Shown here: in pieces, positions 19,401 through 27,813 of the stretch
Layout: every line of letters begins with the position of its first letter
Position numbering within the stretch: the stretch's first letter is position 1
From: Promethearchaeia archaeon
GTDB lineage: Archaea > Asgardarchaeota > Lokiarchaeia > Sigyniarchaeales > SOKP01
DNA length: 35,452 nucleotides
Assembly: GCA_029856105.1 (NCBI GenBank)
Contig: JAHQWH010000098.1
Span: 1-35,452, forward strand
Direction: 5' to 3'
Made by a program: the position numbers and the translations under genes
The notes under the pieces: model-generated
The model's input: the letters and a program-made list of their open reading frames with translations, nothing else
Databases searched by the model: none
Told to the model about the DNA's origin: nothing

Positions 19401-19794
19401 TTCAGAGAATTTATTAAATAAAGACTCCAAGGTTAGAGAGGGAGCAGCTAATTTATTAAAAATATACAGCTTTGAAAATATTGATAGAATCTTTAGTAGC
19501 GTAATTTCATTATTAGGTGATGAAAGCGGGGATGTAAGAAACACTACTGTAGATGTTATGGTTAAAATCATACAAGAAATTGGTATTTCTAAAGTACTTT
19601 CTAAATTATTGAGAAGTTTAAGCGATGAATATTCAATCCAAACCCAACAATCGATCGCAATAATACTAGGCCGCACTGTTAGATATGAAGATGAAAAAAT
19701 AAAAAAAAGAGTAATATCGCTATTAAAAATTCGATGTGAGATGTCGCAAGACCCCATAATATGCGAAATGCTAACAAAATTGAGAGAAAGTTAA
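16447..19794 (+). CDS. Multi-pass membrane protein fused to a long HEAT-repeat solenoid
   Basis: About 8-9 hydrophobic segments in aa 1-360, then about 750 aa of repeated LL.D....VR..A...L HEAT motifs. Confidence 0.85.
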   Translation: MLTELILILIFIIFFIIGFIIIYKQVSLVKKGEFNNKDRLQCLIYGFVFSMGVMVVIAMAFIFAINTPEFWQGSVLTPPDISPLSLLIPFTFCLMYISLYPLIDFLFIALSSESDEGLTPFHKFIGKKIIHLSKSKIISVIMAILLYLLFIIPPMLLSLAGLPFLVIWVSWLLAYPLMILSFYGSKGYVAGITNEFVHIPEIKRSSFLNFEDSKRGMKQFISNPKSYILFGLMLFVFVWAWISMFQTIIFFFSGSLAISTMTSYFVFVTLLFGIIGYFTRFWGRKIKYRGIDIYFAAYLMAAIGLNVLVNFLIVNIDKLSVTLNYSILTQDIIPNFTKFAWAAVIEEICMITFTSYYFLSKKNEFTKNLKYSKITEYGQTFDPIPLFNFIKHSDPILRKHAENTLLMMFERIPLKSEISLNDWKFKNSLLDGLCDSNSNSRKISFEILTKLEKEIPNMILPWIIESLESPNYDKSILIAKSLLNADFALIKQIPINVIYNLVNDSEWRLKLLGLKILIRIAQKEKEVVRNFDLMKLLNDPNSAIQVELLNFLAESSLNIPIETFLDKLNHTNKEIRAAAIKNIKNIDIEKIDSEIINKIIPFMRDPTSSVRASIFEVISKMGNFKKFNIPISTIFEGLVDSDINVRNASVSALAKYYSEEPDSIDIDKIISKIDSENLKSLNSVLTLLGKLWGKNPEKILTTFLIFIKFDDFELKERISDIIVENYEKNPTLVLDRLIRTKDESKFISKGVISRTITKIAKQFPKEIIPRLINHLGSDDKDIKLNVIASLDGLIEDYMDRIDIKSIISLIRSENDKKIKKEASQLILKISKIKPLALQPVMTDLLQTIIEQEVSIRIILTKSMLEISKQLPDLIPVRLTINLLSDEDSFIRETSVKILGYIGQKLSFATADALINKALVDKEWIVRDAAVSSLGKIFKAVDNKETIIEKLVSLLDDDKSWVRRSSMNVLSSVEGITETQIPFEKVSENLLNKDSKVREGAANLLKIYSFENIDRIFSSVISLLGDESGDVRNTTVDVMVKIIQEIGISKVLSKLLRSLSDEYSIQTQQSIAIILGRTVRYEDEKIKKRVISLLKIRCEMSQDPIICEMLTKLRES

Positions 19795-19961
19795 CATTTC
19801 TTTTAGGATTATGAAAAACCACATGGAGTATATCACTAAACCATTTCTCTCCTATGATTTTTTTCCGACAAATTTTATTTGCAGTTTAATAAGCTTAAAT
19901 CGTTAATATATCAAATTAAAATATCACCAAAAATAACTTTGGTATATTACTATTATTTTAA

Positions 19962-19967
19962 AGGTGA
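19962..19967 (+). promoter_or_regulatory. Shine-Dalgarno-like site of mcm
   Basis: AGGTGA lies 6 nt upstream of the TTG start at 19974. Confidence 0.6.
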
Positions 19968-19973
19968 ATCTGT

Positions 19974-22100
19974 TTGACAACGCCAATATCCCGTCCTAGT
20001 GTACCTATTCATAAAACTTCACGTTTTGAAGATTTTTACAGGCTATTTGAAGATAAACCTGGAGTATATAAGTATCAAGACAAAATAAATGATATATTTT
20101 CTAAGGGTGGTAATACTTTAATAATATTTTATGAGGATTTGTTAGCCTTCGACTCTCAAATTGCCGAACTAATAAGAAAAGATCCCGAAACTCTTTTAGA
20201 AAACGCAACAGAAGCTTTTAAAAACATATTAAAGTTTCAAGGAAGTAAATTATCTGATAAAAACTACTTTGTAAGAATAACAACCAAAGACGATAAGAGC
20301 CCTTTACACATCTCATTGAGAGGGTTAAGGGCAAAAAATATTGACAACTTTATCTGGACTAATGGAATCCTCGTTAGGATCTCAACGATACGACCGAAAT
20401 TAATAGAAGCGACATTTGAATGCATGATCTGCAAAACACAATTTGAAGTACTTCAGCTTAGTTCTAAAATAAAATGGCCTAATTTTTGTATTAACCCAAG
20501 ATGTAAAGCTAAAACTCAATCAGATTTTCGGCTTGTTTCAAAAAACTCAGAATTTATTGATTGGCAAAGTATAATGATCCAAGAAATTCCAGAAGATTTG
20601 CCACCTGGTAGAATTCCTAGATCCGTTCAAGCAATTTTAACCCACGATTTAGTTGATATCGTAAAGCCAGGTGATAGAGTAAAATTAATGGGATCTTATA
20701 AATCCGTTTTAGCCCAATCTACAAAAGGCATAAATAGTACGCTATTTAAAACATTTGTCGATGTAAATTATATCGATCCTGAAGATAAAAGCGAAGGTTT
20801 CATCGAACTTACCAAAGAAGATAAAAAGGCAATTGAAAAGCTATCTAAAGAACCTATGATACAAAAGAAAATTGCCAGATCTATTTCACCCGTAATATAT
20901 GGAAGAGAAGAACTTAAATTGGCTACTGCCTTAACCCTATTTGGAGGTACAAGAAAGAAAAGGCCAGGAGGCGGCTATAAACGAGGTGATATTCATATTT
21001 TATTCGTTGGTGATCCAGGTACAGGTAAATCTGAGATACTAAAAAGTGCTATTGAAGTATCACCTCGCGGGTTATATACGTCTGGCAAAGGTGCTTCAGC
21101 TGTCGGTTTAACGGCGGCAGTTATTAAAGATGCAGATACAGGTCAAATGAATCTTGAAGCAGGAGCTATCGTGTTAGCAAACGGAGGTGTAGCAGCAATA
21201 GACGAGTTTGACAAAATGGATACTTCTGATAGATCTGCTTTGCACGAAGCAATGGAACAACAAACTGTTAGTATTGCTAAAGCAGGGATAGTTGCTACTT
21301 TAAAAGCCCAAACAGCAATTATAGCTGCAGCAAATCCACGGACTGGAAGATACGATAGATATAAAACGCCCACACAAAATATACATCTACCTCCTTCACT
21401 TTTGTCTCGTTTTGATTTGATATTTATTGTTATAGATAGACCAGATCCCGCTGAGGATGCACAAATGGCGGAATTTATTTTACAGAATTCGATGATAGAA
21501 CTAAAGGACAGTCTTGATAGCAAAACAGGACATGTAGCGCCTATTCCAGGGGATCTCCTAAAAAAATATATTAAACATGCTAGAAGAACTTGTCATCCCG
21601 TTTTAACTGAAGAAGCAAAGGAACAAATAAAGGAATTTTACTTAAAACTACGAGGGCAATATGATAGTGAAGACGCAATAGTCTCCATTCTAGCGAGAAA
21701 CTTAGATGCACTCGTACGATTATCCGAAGCTTATGCAAAAATGGCTTTAAGGGACAAGGTAATCAAAAGCGATGTAGAAGGCGTTATTAAATTATTTAAA
21801 AGGTTTTTAAAGGATACCGGATATGACGAAACGACGGGAAAAATTGATATGGATCGAATTTTAGTTGGACAATCTAGAAGTTCTATAAGTAAACTCGACA
21901 AAATGCTTACTAGGCTAAAAGAAATTTTTGAAGATGGTAATTGGAAAGCATTAGAGAGGAATAATGTTATTCAAATTCTCGAACTCGAAGAAGATTTAAA
22001 TGAAAAATGGATCAAAGACGCTCTTGAGGAGTTAATAAAGGAAGGAACTTTATACGAACCCAGAAATAATATGCTTAGATTTACAAATAAAGACGACTAA
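19974..22100 (+). CDS. mcm: MCM replicative helicase
   Basis: Zn finger CMIC...CINPRC, IQE.PE.LPPG..PRS, Walker A GDPGTGKS, IDEFDKM, AAANP, arginine finger SRFDL and a C-terminal winged helix; no intein. Confidence 0.98.
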   Translation: MTTPISRPSVPIHKTSRFEDFYRLFEDKPGVYKYQDKINDIFSKGGNTLIIFYEDLLAFDSQIAELIRKDPETLLENATEAFKNILKFQGSKLSDKNYFVRITTKDDKSPLHISLRGLRAKNIDNFIWTNGILVRISTIRPKLIEATFECMICKTQFEVLQLSSKIKWPNFCINPRCKAKTQSDFRLVSKNSEFIDWQSIMIQEIPEDLPPGRIPRSVQAILTHDLVDIVKPGDRVKLMGSYKSVLAQSTKGINSTLFKTFVDVNYIDPEDKSEGFIELTKEDKKAIEKLSKEPMIQKKIARSISPVIYGREELKLATALTLFGGTRKKRPGGGYKRGDIHILFVGDPGTGKSEILKSAIEVSPRGLYTSGKGASAVGLTAAVIKDADTGQMNLEAGAIVLANGGVAAIDEFDKMDTSDRSALHEAMEQQTVSIAKAGIVATLKAQTAIIAAANPRTGRYDRYKTPTQNIHLPPSLLSRFDLIFIVIDRPDPAEDAQMAEFILQNSMIELKDSLDSKTGHVAPIPGDLLKKYIKHARRTCHPVLTEEAKEQIKEFYLKLRGQYDSEDAIVSILARNLDALVRLSEAYAKMALRDKVIKSDVEGVIKLFKRFLKDTGYDETTGKIDMDRILVGQSRSSISKLDKMLTRLKEIFEDGNWKALERNNVIQILELEEDLNEKWIKDALEELIKEGTLYEPRNNMLRFTNKDD

Positions 22101-22129
22101 AACAATTTTATAATTGTTTAGACAATTAA

Positions 22130-22384
22130 ATCTTAAAAAATTTAAAACAACACTTCTTTTTTACAAAAACTAATGGAATATGTACTGCTAAAGGTTTTGA
22201 ATGGGACATAATTTTTATATTAATGCTCACAGATAACTTCTTTGCTTCCAATGAATCCAGAAATCCAAAAGTATCAAGAAATACGATTCCTGGCGTTGAT
22301 AAAATTAAACACTGTTCTCTCTTTACGACTGCTGATAATTTATTGAAATATAAAAAAATAAATAAGTTAATAATTGGGTTATGA
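22130..22384 (+). pseudogene. Probable remnant of a UvrD/Rep/PcrA-type SF1 helicase C-terminal domain
   Basis: An 84-codon stop-free frame with no ATG/GTG/TTG ahead of the motif contains ICTAKGFEWDIIFILMLTDNFF (from 22178), matching SF1A motif V (TIH.AKGLEWD.VFI..L.D..FP). Confidence 0.55.
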
Positions 22385-22419
22385 CTTCTTTTTACTTAAT
22401 TTTTAAAAATTAATATTAG

Positions 22420-22995
22420 GTGATTTTTATCTCTGTTGTTATTGAAAATTTAAAAGAAGCTATAATAGGAGAAAGCAATGCTAAAAGAAAATATGAGCTA
22501 TTTGCCGAAAAGGCACTAAATGAAGGTTTTCCAGAGATAGCTCACTTGTTTAAAGCCATTTCTACTGCGGAATCGATCCATATAAAAAACCATTTAAAGG
22601 CAATTGAAGAAATTAAGAAAAAATCTGTCGATTTAAATGCAATCGTTAATATTGAAGAAAAGGTTTTAAAAAAACAAGTTAGTAATACCAGAAATAATTT
22701 AATCCAAGCAATCGCTGGAGAGACATTTGAATTCAAGAAAATGTATAAAACATTTATGAAAAATGCTAAAAAAGACGATGTTTATTTGGCAGAATTTTCG
22801 TTTGATTTAGCAAGAATGGCTGAAATTGTTCATAGCAAATTGTATATTAGATTTCTAAAAAAACTTGATAAAAAAGAACCTTTTGAAGATATAGACATAT
22901 ATGTTTGCCGGATTTGTGGAAATGTCGAGTTAAAAAAAAAACCTAAAATTTGCCCTAATTGTGAACACGATCAAAAGTTTTTCATGAAAGTATAA
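22420..22995 (+). CDS. rbr: Rubrerythrin
   Basis: ENL..A..GES.A..KY..FA, E..H diiron motifs (AESIH, AEIVH), AI.GE..E...MY, and a C-terminal rubredoxin-like CRICG...CPNC. Confidence 0.92.
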   Translation: MIFISVVIENLKEAIIGESNAKRKYELFAEKALNEGFPEIAHLFKAISTAESIHIKNHLKAIEEIKKKSVDLNAIVNIEEKVLKKQVSNTRNNLIQAIAGETFEFKKMYKTFMKNAKKDDVYLAEFSFDLARMAEIVHSKLYIRFLKKLDKKEPFEDIDIYVCRICGNVELKKKPKICPNCEHDQKFFMKV

Positions 22996-23034
22996 TTTTG
23001 TAATAGATGTTTCTAGAAAGAAATACAAAAACTA

Positions 23035-23742
23035 TTATAACGGAATTAGCTGTTCTAACCATAATCCAATAACTAAGGATGCTGTAAATGCTACAACTCC
23101 AATAACGACCATCTCTAAACCTCCTTTTATAGCTGATTCACCAGTAATTTTTGTTTTTAAACCTCCAACGATGAAAAGAGAACTAAGAGATAAAATTGAA
23201 GAAAATATAAGTGAAATTAACCCTAAATTTAGAAAATAAGGCAATTGAGGGATAAGGGCTCCAACAATAAAAGAAAAAAAAGTTAATAACGCTCCTATAA
23301 TCGGATTTTCAGATTCTTCTAAACCTAATTCGTTTTTTATTAAAAATTCTAACCATTTATCCTCGTTTGTTGTAATAGATTCTACACATGGATCTAAAAT
23401 TTCTTCTTTTATCCCCATTTTTTTAAAGATATCTCTTACTTCTTCCTTCTCTTCTTCAGGAAAAAGTAAAATTTCAGCTTTTTCTTTTCTAATTTCATTT
23501 TTAACATAATTATATTCAGATTTTGATGAAATATATTCACCAAGTCCCATACTAACAGCTCCGGATACCATTGCTGCAATTCCAGTTAATATTACAATAG
23601 TATTATCCCCACTTTTTATTAAAGTTGCTGCAGCAACCCCTACTAATAATGTAAATGTTGAAATGAGCCCATCGTTCAAACCAAGAATTACGCTGCGAAT
23701 CTTACCGCCGCCTTTTATATGTTCTTCCTTTCTTTCTGACAT
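23035..23742 (-). CDS. VIT1/CCC1 family Fe2+/Mn2+ transporter
   Basis: ILGLNDGL, SGAVSMGLGEYIS.KSE, a Glu-rich cytosolic metal-binding region, ELG, SFIVGALIP..PY and multiple TM helices. Confidence 0.93.
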   Translation of the reverse strand: MSERKEEHIKGGGKIRSVILGLNDGLISTFTLLVGVAAATLIKSGDNTIVILTGIAAMVSGAVSMGLGEYISSKSEYNYVKNEIRKEKAEILLFPEEEKEEVRDIFKKMGIKEEILDPCVESITTNEDKWLEFLIKNELGLEESENPIIGALLTFFSFIVGALIPQLPYFLNLGLISLIFSSILSLSSLFIVGGLKTKITGESAIKGGLEMVVIGVVAFTASLVIGLWLEQLIPL

Positions 23743-23899
23743 AATAAATCATTTATAGGGAGTTTTTTTACAAAAAACTTTATGATGATTTAAAAAATTT
23801 AATTATTTGTAAAGTAAAAATATAATATTAATATTAAAGACCGTAATTTATATTTAAGAATTCATAACAATTAATCATTATTTAAGAAGAGATTGAAAA

Positions 23900-24880
23900 A
23901 TGAAAGCTGCCGTTTTTGTAGATGTTAAAAAAATTACTTACAAAGAAGATTATCCTACACCAACTCCTGGACCAGACGATGTTATAGTGAAAGTACATTA
24001 CTGTGGAATATGTGGAAGCGATGTTACAAATTTTAAAATTAAAATGTATCAAGTGCCATTAATTATGGGACATGAGTTCGCAGGAGAGGTTGTCGAAATC
24101 GGAAGTAACATTACAAATGTTGAAATAGGTGATAAAGTTTGTGGAATTAATGTTTTATTAGATATTAGCCAAGGGCAGTTAGATGGAATGGGTATCTTTA
24201 AGGACGGTGGATTTGCAGAATTCGTTCGGGTACCTAAAAAATATTTATTCAATATTCCTAAATCTGTTTCAATTAAAGAAGCAATAATGATAGAATCATT
24301 TGCTAATGCTGCAAGAGGGACAAAATTATCTAAAATCACTTCAAATCAAAATGTAATTATCATTGGCGGAGGAAATATAGGTCTTTGCTTTTTAAATTAT
24401 TTGGTTAGTGAAAGAGATCCCAATTATATAGTTGTAATTGAACCTCAAAAATTTTTAAGAGAAAAAGCTAAAGAGATGGGCGCAACAGAATCGTTTCCCC
24501 CTACCATAACCAAAATTAATAAATTTATTAAAAAATTTGGTAAACCTTCTTTTATATTTGACTGCGCAGGGAACGAGCGATCTTTACTTATGGCAATTGA
24601 TTTAATTAAGCGTGGAGGTACTGTATTATTAGAAGGTGTACATAAGGGGCGTATTTCCTTCCCAATGTTTTTAATAAACTCTAAAGAAGTGTGTTTGAAA
24701 GGTGTTCTTGGTCACGATCGAGACGATATACTTATGTCTTTAAAATTTTTTGCTCAAAATAAGATAAAAGCAGAAAAACTTATTTCACACGTAATACCGA
24801 TACAAGATATACAACAAGCATTTGAAAAGTTCCTTGAACCAGGCGAAAGAGATTTTATCAAAATAGCAATTAAATTATAA
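23900..24880 (+). CDS. Zn-dependent medium-chain dehydrogenase (threonine/sorbitol dehydrogenase-like)
   Basis: CGICGSD, MGHEFAGEV, GGFAEF, Rossmann GGGNIG and FDCAG motifs. Confidence 0.9.
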   Translation: MKAAVFVDVKKITYKEDYPTPTPGPDDVIVKVHYCGICGSDVTNFKIKMYQVPLIMGHEFAGEVVEIGSNITNVEIGDKVCGINVLLDISQGQLDGMGIFKDGGFAEFVRVPKKYLFNIPKSVSIKEAIMIESFANAARGTKLSKITSNQNVIIIGGGNIGLCFLNYLVSERDPNYIVVIEPQKFLREKAKEMGATESFPPTITKINKFIKKFGKPSFIFDCAGNERSLLMAIDLIKRGGTVLLEGVHKGRISFPMFLINSKEVCLKGVLGHDRDDILMSLKFFAQNKIKAEKLISHVIPIQDIQQAFEKFLEPGERDFIKIAIKL

Positions 24881-24922
24881 GAACAAAATCTTAAAATTAA
24901 AAAGTACCTAAGAATAACAAAG

Positions 24923-25435
24923 TTATTGCATTATTTTTAGAGCATATTCAGATATCATTTCAAAAGATTTCTCGACATTTTCGCCATTCTTAGCAGATGT
25001 ATGAAAAATTAATTTAGCATTTATTCTTTCTCCTATGATTTCTACATCGTTTTCAGAAATGTTTGAATTAAGATCTGATTTATTAGCTAGTAAAATTATT
25101 GGAACCTCAGCACAATATTTTTTCATATCTGGGCTCCAAAATTGTACTATTTGTTCAAAAGTGTTTCTTCTCGCGAGATCTCCAACAATTAAAGCTCCAT
25201 GAGTCCCTCTGTAATATAAATGTCTCATTTTTATCCATTTTTCTTGCCCAGCTATATCCCAAATTTGAATTGAGACTTTTTTATCTGAGTTTAAATCTAC
25301 CTTTTTAATAAACATGTTCGTACCTATTGATGCTCGATAATCTTTAGTAAAGTGTCCAGAAACGAATTTTTTTACTAAACTCGTCTTACCGACTCCGGCT
25401 TCTCCAATAATTATTACTTTAATACGATAAACCAT
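24923..25435 (-). CDS. Rab-like small GTPase (Ras superfamily)
   Basis: G1 GEAGVGKT, G3 WDIAGQE, LYYRG, G4 NKSD, G5 TSAK; 170 aa with no C-terminal Cys. Confidence 0.93.
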   Translation of the reverse strand: MVYRIKVIIIGEAGVGKTSLVKKFVSGHFTKDYRASIGTNMFIKKVDLNSDKKVSIQIWDIAGQEKWIKMRHLYYRGTHGALIVGDLARRNTFEQIVQFWSPDMKKYCAEVPIILLANKSDLNSNISENDVEIIGERINAKLIFHTSAKNGENVEKSFEMISEYALKIMQ

Positions 25436-25571
25436 ATTTTTTCAAAACTTTCTATTGAATCTTTAAATTTTTTTAGCAATTAACATAATAAAAAATAGTA
25501 AATACTTTATTTATTAAATCCTAAATTAAAAAGTAATTATTGTTTTTTGAAATATTCGAGATGAGATAGTA

Positions 25572-26660
25572 ATGAAAACGGGTATAGTATACGATCCTAT
25601 TTATTTAGAACATCGAATTGGCGTTCATGTTGAAAGCCACGAAAGACTGATTGGTATTATGGATTTTTTAAAAGATGAAAAGGTGTTGGAAAATCCTAAT
25701 TTCGAATTAATTCAACCTAGAAAAGCTACTACCGAACAAATTAAATATGTCCATCAAGAGAGCTTGATTAACGAAGTTAAAGAAGTTAGTGAAATAGCTC
25801 AAGTTACGGGTCATATTCAACAACTTGATATGGATACAGCAGTATCTGCTAAGACTTATGAAGCTTCTTTATATAGTGTTGGAGGTAATTTAAATGGAAT
25901 TGACGAAATTTTAGACGGTAAGGTAAATAACGTATTCGCGGCAGTAAGACCTCCAGGACATCACTCAAACGCCTATAAATGTTCAGGGTTTTGTATATTT
26001 AACAACATCGCTATCGCTACAGAGTATCTATTTAGAGAAAAAAATATTAAAAGAGTAGCCATAATTGATTGGGATTGTCATCATGGAAATGGGACTTCGT
26101 CTATTTTCTATGAAGGATCTGAGAATGGGGATGTCGTAATATTTAACTCTCACCAAGACGGTAGAACATTATATCCTGGTAGTGGTTTTATCGATGAGAT
26201 AGGTTCAGGGAAGGGGGAGGGAAAGATAATTAATTTTCCTATGCCTCCTAGGGCTGCCGAAGATATTGTAATGTTATATTTCAAAGAAATAGTAAACCCA
26301 ATATGTCAAGAATTTAAACCAGAATTTATCTTAATTTCTGCTGGGTTCGACACTCATTGGACGGATAGATTAACCAATATGGGATGGACAATTCAAGGAC
26401 CCGCAACTTATCTAAAAAGCATAAAGACTATGGCAGAAGAACACGCAAATGGAAGAATTTTGATAACATTAGAAGGGGGATACGAGATCGATAAACAAGC
26501 AAAAGCGGTATATAATTGTTTGCAAGTTCTTAATAATAATTACGACAACTTAATTGAAGAAAAACCTAGAAAATCTGGTGAAGAAGTTTTAAATTATGTA
26601 AATAACAAAATAATTCCCGAATTAAAAGAACATTTAAAACCCTATTGGAATTGCTTTTAA
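25572..26660 (+). CDS. Histone deacetylase family (Zn-dependent, class II-like) deacetylase
   Basis: RPPGHH, GFC.FNN, DWDCHHGNGT, YPGSG, SAGFD.H..D and LEGGY motifs are all intact. Confidence 0.95.
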   Translation: MKTGIVYDPIYLEHRIGVHVESHERLIGIMDFLKDEKVLENPNFELIQPRKATTEQIKYVHQESLINEVKEVSEIAQVTGHIQQLDMDTAVSAKTYEASLYSVGGNLNGIDEILDGKVNNVFAAVRPPGHHSNAYKCSGFCIFNNIAIATEYLFREKNIKRVAIIDWDCHHGNGTSSIFYEGSENGDVVIFNSHQDGRTLYPGSGFIDEIGSGKGEGKIINFPMPPRAAEDIVMLYFKEIVNPICQEFKPEFILISAGFDTHWTDRLTNMGWTIQGPATYLKSIKTMAEEHANGRILITLEGGYEIDKQAKAVYNCLQVLNNNYDNLIEEKPRKSGEEVLNYVNNKIIPELKEHLKPYWNCF

Positions 26661-26790
26661 TTTTTAAAGTTCCTTTCAAAAAATAATACGCCTTTGTGTT
26701 ATAATATAAACTAAAATTTTTAAACAAAATCCACTATTAAAGTTACAAACTATAGTAATTTTTATTATTAAACAATAAGAGAAGATAATT

Positions 26791-27627
26791 ATGTCGGAAG
26801 AATATGAAAGAGATGACGAAGATGAATATAGACCACGTGCCCCTCCTCCGGGTCAACCTCCATCTATGCCTCCACCTACAGTACCTCCACCAATAGCTCC
26901 CAATTATCAACCGGAAACTACTATTCCTAGTGGTCCTTCACAGGCAGATTATAACACAATAATGACTCAGGTTCAAGAGAAAGACAGAACACTCTATGAA
27001 CTACAAAATCAGATAAATGAATTTAATGCTCAATACGCTAATTTAAATGCGCAATTTTTAGATAAAGATAATCAAGTAAGACAATTAACTGGACAAGTTC
27101 AATCTCTTCAAACATCAATGGAAAGCTTTCAGAGTCAAATTACACAGTTAAATAATGAGAAGGCTCAACTACAAGCTCACATTCCTCAATTACAAAATCA
27201 ACTTCAACAAGTTCAACAAGAAAATATGACCCTACAACAACAAATTGGCCCATTACAAGCCCAAATCAACAAATTACATGAAGAAATCAATTATAAAGAA
27301 AAAAGAATTCAGGAATTGAAGGAACCCAAAGCTGTCATGCCATCAAGTTTATCTCAAGGGATTACTTCACAAACTCCATCATACGGTAGTAGCCCTTCTT
27401 TTGGACTTTCAACCGATTCTACACCAATTTCGACCCCTGCCCCCACTCCAACACCAACGCCTAGTATAAGCCCGGGACTTGGATCGGGAAGGAGAATTTG
27501 CCCTAATTGTGGAGCAACTGGATTTGCGATTAAGGAGGTTGAAGATAAATCAAAAATTATAAGTTACATCCCTAAACCGATTTTTGCAAAGAAATCTATC
27601 TGCACCAAATGTGGTTTTGAATTTTAA
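26791..27627 (+). CDS. Pro-rich / coiled-coil / C-terminal Zn-ribbon protein
   Basis: Acidic plus polyproline N-terminus, about 125-aa Gln-rich heptad region, Ser/Pro/Thr linker, and CPNC-x29-CTKC at the C-terminus. Confidence 0.85.
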   Translation: MSEEYERDDEDEYRPRAPPPGQPPSMPPPTVPPPIAPNYQPETTIPSGPSQADYNTIMTQVQEKDRTLYELQNQINEFNAQYANLNAQFLDKDNQVRQLTGQVQSLQTSMESFQSQITQLNNEKAQLQAHIPQLQNQLQQVQQENMTLQQQIGPLQAQINKLHEEINYKEKRIQELKEPKAVMPSSLSQGITSQTPSYGSSPSFGLSTDSTPISTPAPTPTPTPSISPGLGSGRRICPNCGATGFAIKEVEDKSKIISYIPKPIFAKKSICTKCGFEF

Positions 27628-27813
27628 ATTATTTTTATTTTTCAACTTTTTTATGTGAATATAAACAAAATCTAAATTCAATATTTTCGTTTATTTGGTT
27701 TTATTAATCAATATTTCATATAAATTTGAATTACTAGGAAAATTATTTATATCATTATTTTAATTAATATTGCAAACTTAATATAGAAAAGTTAAGGGTA
27801 AAATAGAGTAAGT

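Noticed and set aside
19811-19906. 31-aa ORF (MKNHMEYITKPFLSYDFF…) between the HEAT gene and mcm
   Set aside because: It has no motif and no second copy, and its length is compatible with chance; it probably overlaps the mcm promoter region.
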